Origin: Octopus sinensis
Lineage: Eukaryota
Assembly (NCBI RefSeq): GCF_006345805.1
Contig: NC_043024.1
Span: forward strand, 2,356,001 to 2,420,000
Direction of reading: 5' to 3'
Length of the DNA stretch: 64,000 bases
Below the pieces are notes generated by a model, which was not told where the DNA came from, ran no database searches, and saw nothing but the letters and a program-made list of their open reading frames with translations. Both the position numbers and the translations under genes were made by a program. Below are positions 59,005 through 64,000 of this stretch, piece by piece. The stretch's first letter is position 1; every line of letters starts with the position of its first letter.

Positions 59005-61128
59005 ATGGAAAATGAATTACGTGATAATGAGGTTAATTGTAATACACAGTCGTTAAGGATTGATTTTACTGAAGATGAAACAGAAGAAGAAGAGAAAACA
59101 TCATTTCACTGTGATGTCTGCAACAAGTCCTTCTTTCTCAAAGATGAACAGACGATTCACAAATGTTTCCATGCAGGAGAGGATCTCTATCGCTGTGAAA
59201 TCTGTGGTAAATCATTCTCTGAAAAGGTTCGTTTGACCACACATAAACACATTCACGCAGGTGTCGAGCCGTATCGCTGTAATACCTGTGGTAAATCATT
59301 CTCTCAGAATCATAGCTTAGCTATTCACAAATGCATCCACATTGTGGTTAAGTCACATCATTGCGATATCTGTGGTAAATCATTCTCTGGAAATAGCGAC
59401 CTAACCACTCACAAACGTATTCATACAGGAGAGAAACCATATCAGTGTGATATCTGTGGTAAATCATTCTCTAAAAGTAGTCAGTTAATTAAACACAAAC
59501 ATATTCATACAGGAGAGAAACCATATCAGTGTGATATCTGTGGTAAATCATTCTCTGGAAATAGCGACCTAACCACTCACAAACGTATTCACACAGGAGA
59601 GAAACAATATCAGTGTGATATCTGTGGTAAATCATTCTCTAAAAGTAGTCAGTTAATTAAACACAAACGTATTCATACAGGAGAGAAGCCATATCAGTGT
59701 GGTATCTGTGGTAAATCATTCTCTCGAAATCACCACTTAACTACTCACAAATACATTCATACAGGAGAGAAACCTTATCAGTGTGATATCTGTGGTAAAT
59801 CATTCTCTAGAAATAGCGACCTAACCACTCACAAACGTATTCATACAGGAGAGAAACCATATCATTGTGATATCTGTGGTAAATCATTCTCTCATAATCA
59901 CCACTTAACTACTCACAAATACATTCACACAGGAGAGAAACCTTATCAATGTGATATCTGTGGTAAATCATTCTCTGGAAATAGCGACCTAACCACTCAC
60001 AAACGTATTCATACAGGAGAGAAACCATATCAGTGTGATATCTGTGGTAAATCATTCTCTAGAAATAGCGACCTAACCACTCACAAACGTATTCATACAG
60101 GAGAGAAACCATATCACTGTGATATCTGTGGTAAATCATTCTCTAGAAATGACCACTTAACTAAACACAAATACATTCACACGGGAGAGAAACCTTATCA
60201 CTGTGATATCTGTGGTAAATCATTCACTCGAAATCACAACTTAATTACTCACAAATACATTCACACAGGAGAGAAACCTTATCAGTGTGATATCTGTGGA
60301 GAATCATTCTCTCATAATCAGCACTTAACTACTCACAAATACATTCACACAGGAGAGAAACCTTATCAGTGTGATATCTGTGGTAAATCATTCTCTCAGA
60401 ATCACCACTTAACTACTCACAAATACATTCACACAGGAGAGAAACCATATCATTGTGATATCTGTGGTAAATCATTCTCTAAAAGTTGTCAGTTAATTAA
60501 ACACAAACGTATTCATACAGGAGAGAAACCATATCATTGTGATATCTGTGGTAAATCATTCTCTCAGATATACCACTTAACTACTCACAAATACATTCAT
60601 ACAGGAGAGAAACCATATCATTGTGATATCTGTGGTAAATCATTCTCTCAAAATCACAGCTTAACTACTCACAAATACATTCACACAGGAGAGAAACCTT
60701 ATCAGTGTGATATCTGTGGAGAATCATTCTCTCATAATCAGCACTTAACTACTCACAAATTCATTCACACAGGAGAGAAACCTTATCACTGTGATATCTG
60801 TGGTAAATCATTCTCTCGAAATCACAACTTAACCACTCACAAATACATTCACACAGGAGAGAAACCTTATCACTGTGATATCTGTGGTAAATCATTCTCT
60901 CAGAATCAAAACCTAACTAAACACAAATACATTCACACAGGAGAGAAACCATATCATTGTGATATATGTGGTAAATCATTCTCTCAGAATCACCACTTAA
61001 CTAAACACAAATACATTCACACAGGAGAGACGCCATATCATTGTGATATCTGTGGTAAATCGTTTTCACAGAGCGATGCCTTAACTAACCATAAATGTAT
61101 TCATACAGGAGAAAAACCATATCACTGA
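59005..61128 (+). CDS. ZF10: C2H2 zinc-finger protein, 24 fingers, homogenised 84-bp repeat array (subfamily B)
   Basis: 707-aa ORF. Fingers 4-24 have a near-identical backbone CATACAGGAGAGAAACCATATCAxTGTGATATCTGTGGTAAATCATTCTCT. Confidence 0.95.
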   Translation: MENELRDNEVNCNTQSLRIDFTEDETEEEEKTSFHCDVCNKSFFLKDEQTIHKCFHAGEDLYRCEICGKSFSEKVRLTTHKHIHAGVEPYRCNTCGKSFSQNHSLAIHKCIHIVVKSHHCDICGKSFSGNSDLTTHKRIHTGEKPYQCDICGKSFSKSSQLIKHKHIHTGEKPYQCDICGKSFSGNSDLTTHKRIHTGEKQYQCDICGKSFSKSSQLIKHKRIHTGEKPYQCGICGKSFSRNHHLTTHKYIHTGEKPYQCDICGKSFSRNSDLTTHKRIHTGEKPYHCDICGKSFSHNHHLTTHKYIHTGEKPYQCDICGKSFSGNSDLTTHKRIHTGEKPYQCDICGKSFSRNSDLTTHKRIHTGEKPYHCDICGKSFSRNDHLTKHKYIHTGEKPYHCDICGKSFTRNHNLITHKYIHTGEKPYQCDICGESFSHNQHLTTHKYIHTGEKPYQCDICGKSFSQNHHLTTHKYIHTGEKPYHCDICGKSFSKSCQLIKHKRIHTGEKPYHCDICGKSFSQIYHLTTHKYIHTGEKPYHCDICGKSFSQNHSLTTHKYIHTGEKPYQCDICGESFSHNQHLTTHKFIHTGEKPYHCDICGKSFSRNHNLTTHKYIHTGEKPYHCDICGKSFSQNQNLTKHKYIHTGEKPYHCDICGKSFSQNHHLTKHKYIHTGETPYHCDICGKSFSQSDALTNHKCIHTGEKPYH

Positions 61129-61618
61129 TATTTCTGGTAAATCATTCTCACAAAATCAACATTTAACTAAACACAAACCCTTCCATACTGGAGAGAAACC
61201 ATACTACTGTGATACCTGTGGAAAGTCATTCGCTGGTGACTTAAATCCTCATAAACACATTCATAGTAAAGAGAAGCCATATCACTGTGATATCTGTGGT
61301 AAATCATTCTCTTTAAATCATCACTTAGCTAAACACAAACTTATTCATACAGGAGGGAGGCCATATCACTGCAATATCTGTGGAAAGTCTTTTTCAAAGA
61401 GCGATGTCTTAATCAAACACAAACGTTTTCACACAGGAGAGAAGCCATACGTGTGTGATATCTGTGGTAAATCCTTCTCTCAGAACCATACCTTAATTTC
61501 TCACAAACACATTCACACGGAAGAGAAGCCTTATCACTGTGATGTATGTGAAAAGTCTTTCTCTCAAAAACGTAACTTAACTACTCACAAACATATCCAC
61601 GCAGGAAAGAAACCATAA
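61127..61618 (+). pseudogene. Out-of-frame continuation of the ZF10 array (2 broken + 4 intact fingers)
   Basis: A 2-nt deletion (CAC TGT GAT > CAC TGA T) creates the stop. The +1 frame stays open for 163 codons to TAA at 61616-61618. Confidence 0.85.
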
Positions 61619-63478
61619 CACTGTGATAATTCTATTACTCTCTCTCTCTCTCTTTTACTTGTTTCAGTCATTTGACTGCGGCCATGCTGGAGCACCGCCT
61701 TTAGTCGAGCAAATCAACCCCAGGACTTGTTCTTTGTAAGCCCAGTACTTATTCTATCGGTCTCTTTTGCTGAACCACTAAGTGACGGGGACGTAAACAC
61801 ACCAGCATCGATTGACAAGCAAAGCTAGGGGGACAAACACAGACACACAAACCCACACATACATATATATATATATACACATATATGACAGGCATCTTTC
61901 AGTTTCCGTCTACCATATTCGCTTTAGGTGTTTTCGCTCAATAAACACACACAACGCCCGGTCTGGGAATCGAAACCGCATTAAATAAATGTTAGATTAG
62001 TGAGTTATAGTAAAAATAGTATCATATGAATGAGAGAACAACGTGATCACATTTATAACTTTGTTAAAGAAATTGATTGAACTGATATAGATAAATTACA
62101 AAATAATTAAATCGATACATTATAAAATAATTACAGTGAGAAATATCACTCACTATCTACCATTTATTTACCAACTAGCATTAAAGACCCGTCGTTGCCG
62201 GGTCATAGTGCTAGTGCATGTATATATGTGTACATATTACATGTACATCTATCTATATACATCTACACATAAAATGCAAAATACAAAGTTATATCTTGAT
62301 ATCGCTAGTGATAACAATACTCAAAATATATAACAGACTGGAATTGTTAGCTCTTCTTTTTTCTCTACATTGTATACTTTATAGACAATAGTCTTTTCTT
62401 TTCTTTAATTTTGTGTTATCCATCTGGACTATTCCATTTCTGCATGCTAATTATATTTTTAATTTATTCCCATTCATGTGAAACCACTTATTCAAGTTAA
62501 AATCATTGATGCAATTTTATACCACTTGCTATTTTTATTTTACGATTATATTATACTTTAGTTTGATTTTAATTATTACTTTCTACATATAATTCAATTG
62601 TTATTATTATTTTTATTGTTAAAGTGAAAGTATCTGACATAAAATAGAGAAATATTTTTGTTTCACTTTTAACGTGTAATACTGAAATAGTGGAGAAGAT
62701 ATGATATTGCTATGGGCTCGCTCTAGGCAAGAAGTTTGCCGATGAGACTCTCCGGGCCCTAAGTAAGGCATGTGTAAAATTTGAATGAAATTGGTTGTGT
62801 AGTTCTGAAGTTTTAGGGAAACACACAGACAGACAGACACACATTCTCAGTTTTATATATATAAAGATTATTACCCTTATACAACCTGTTACCCACTGGC
62901 CAAGATTTATACCAATATTAGTAATTAAAAAAATGTTTTAGTCTGTTGAGATGTTTTGGAAGAATAACATGTGATAACCTAACGATATGTCTTTTTCATT
63001 CCTCTGATGAGATTTTGCCCAATTAAATGTTTTAATTATTGGAATTTCTTTTGAGCAAAATCGAAACAGCTGTAAGTGTACATGTTGAATTTTTGCAGTG
63101 AATAAACTATATTAATGCTACTTCTCTTTTTCCTGGATTTTAATTTCTATATATATCATCATCGTTTAACATCCGTTTTCCGTGCTAACAAGGGTTGGAC
63201 GGTTCGACCGGGGTCTGGGAAGCCAGGAGGCTGCACCAGGCCCAGTCTGATCTGGCAGTGTTTCTACAGCTGGATGCCCTTCCTAACGCCAACCACTCCA
63301 CGAGTGTAGTGGGTGTTTTTTACATGCCACCAGCACAGGTGCCAGGGAAATCTGGCAGCGGCCACAATCGGTTATATATATATATATAGTTAATCCAAAC
63401 AAGAAAGCACAAAAAAAAACAACAACGCGTGGACGTGGAAGAAATATAGTATTATTGGACGCTCAGGAATGAAGGATA

Positions 63479-63513
63479 GTTTAACGTTTCGAGCAGAGCT
63501 CTTCGTCGGAAAC
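63479..63513 (-). ncRNA. Core-mutated copy of the minimal hammerhead
   Basis: Same context as 52345-52379, but the core reads CCGACGA (U4>C). Confidence 0.55.
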
Positions 63514-63529
63514 ATAGGAGAAGGAAAGA

Positions 63530-64000
63530 TCTGCTGTTTATGAAATACCCGAAGTTATTGTGTTAAAAAGAGCAAGGACTAATGTTTACTTTGAAACGGT
63601 TGATGAATGTTCCTCGTGCCATTCAGTGACAACTTTAGCTGTGTGAATTGGTGCATTATCATCCTGAAAGCTTGTGTTTCCCTCCAGAAGCAGATCCACA
63701 ACCATAGGATGAATTTGATCAGATAAAATGCTTAAATAGTCTTGGCTATTAATTCTGACATGAAGGGAAACCATTGGGCTGGCAGATTTCCAAGATATAG
63801 CTCCTCAGATCATTACAGATCCTCCTCCGCGTTTAACAGTTGGAAGAAGGCAGTCTGGGTCAAATGCTTCTTTTGGCTCTCTTCACACGTATACTCGGCC
63901 GATGGTCGGAAATAAAGTAATGGATGACTCGTCCTAGAAAATAACATTCTTCCACTGCTCTAGGGACCATTTCTGTAGGTTTTTACTCCACTCTAAACGC
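63530..64000 (-). mobile_element. Paralogous Tc1 fragment
   Basis: Near copy of 52395-52860 with FQDDNAPIH. Confidence 0.88.

Noticed and set aside
59005-59110. KRAB/SCAN/BTB/ZAD/SET effector domain, or orthology to a named ZNF gene
   Set aside because: N-termini are short (35-50 aa) and lack those signatures; no gene symbol can be justified.

Overview
AT-rich animal genomic DNA, most likely an octopus. This is inferred from the tandem [16 protein letters not shown]-type C2H2 arrays and the repeat landscape, not from a database match. The window is a C2H2 zinc-finger (ZF) gene cluster of ten single-coding-exon ORFs: ZF1-ZF5 on the minus strand and ZF6-ZF10 on the plus strand, diverging around 24.1-26.2 kb. 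The first 11 codons of an apparent eleventh gene run into a 100-N gap at 47425. ZF1-ZF9 form one subfamily with a shared N-terminal motif, an acidic first finger and a conserved ~72-bp upstream module. ZF10 and the gap gene form a second subfamily with a homogenised 84-bp finger minisatellite (seen in ZF10) and a putative RFX/E-box/ETS promoter. No KRAB, SCAN, BTB or ZAD domain is recognisable. Intergenic DNA is mostly SINEs, RTE and CR1 LINE pieces, Tc1 fragments, several MITE families, non-autonomous Helitrons and microsatellites. The most unexpected element is a full-length type I hammerhead ribozyme fold at 10269-10415 at the tip of a long hairpin. A minimal Penelope-type hammerhead lies at 52345-52379 (minus), with a core-mutated copy at 63479-63513. 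All alignments and folds were done by eye.
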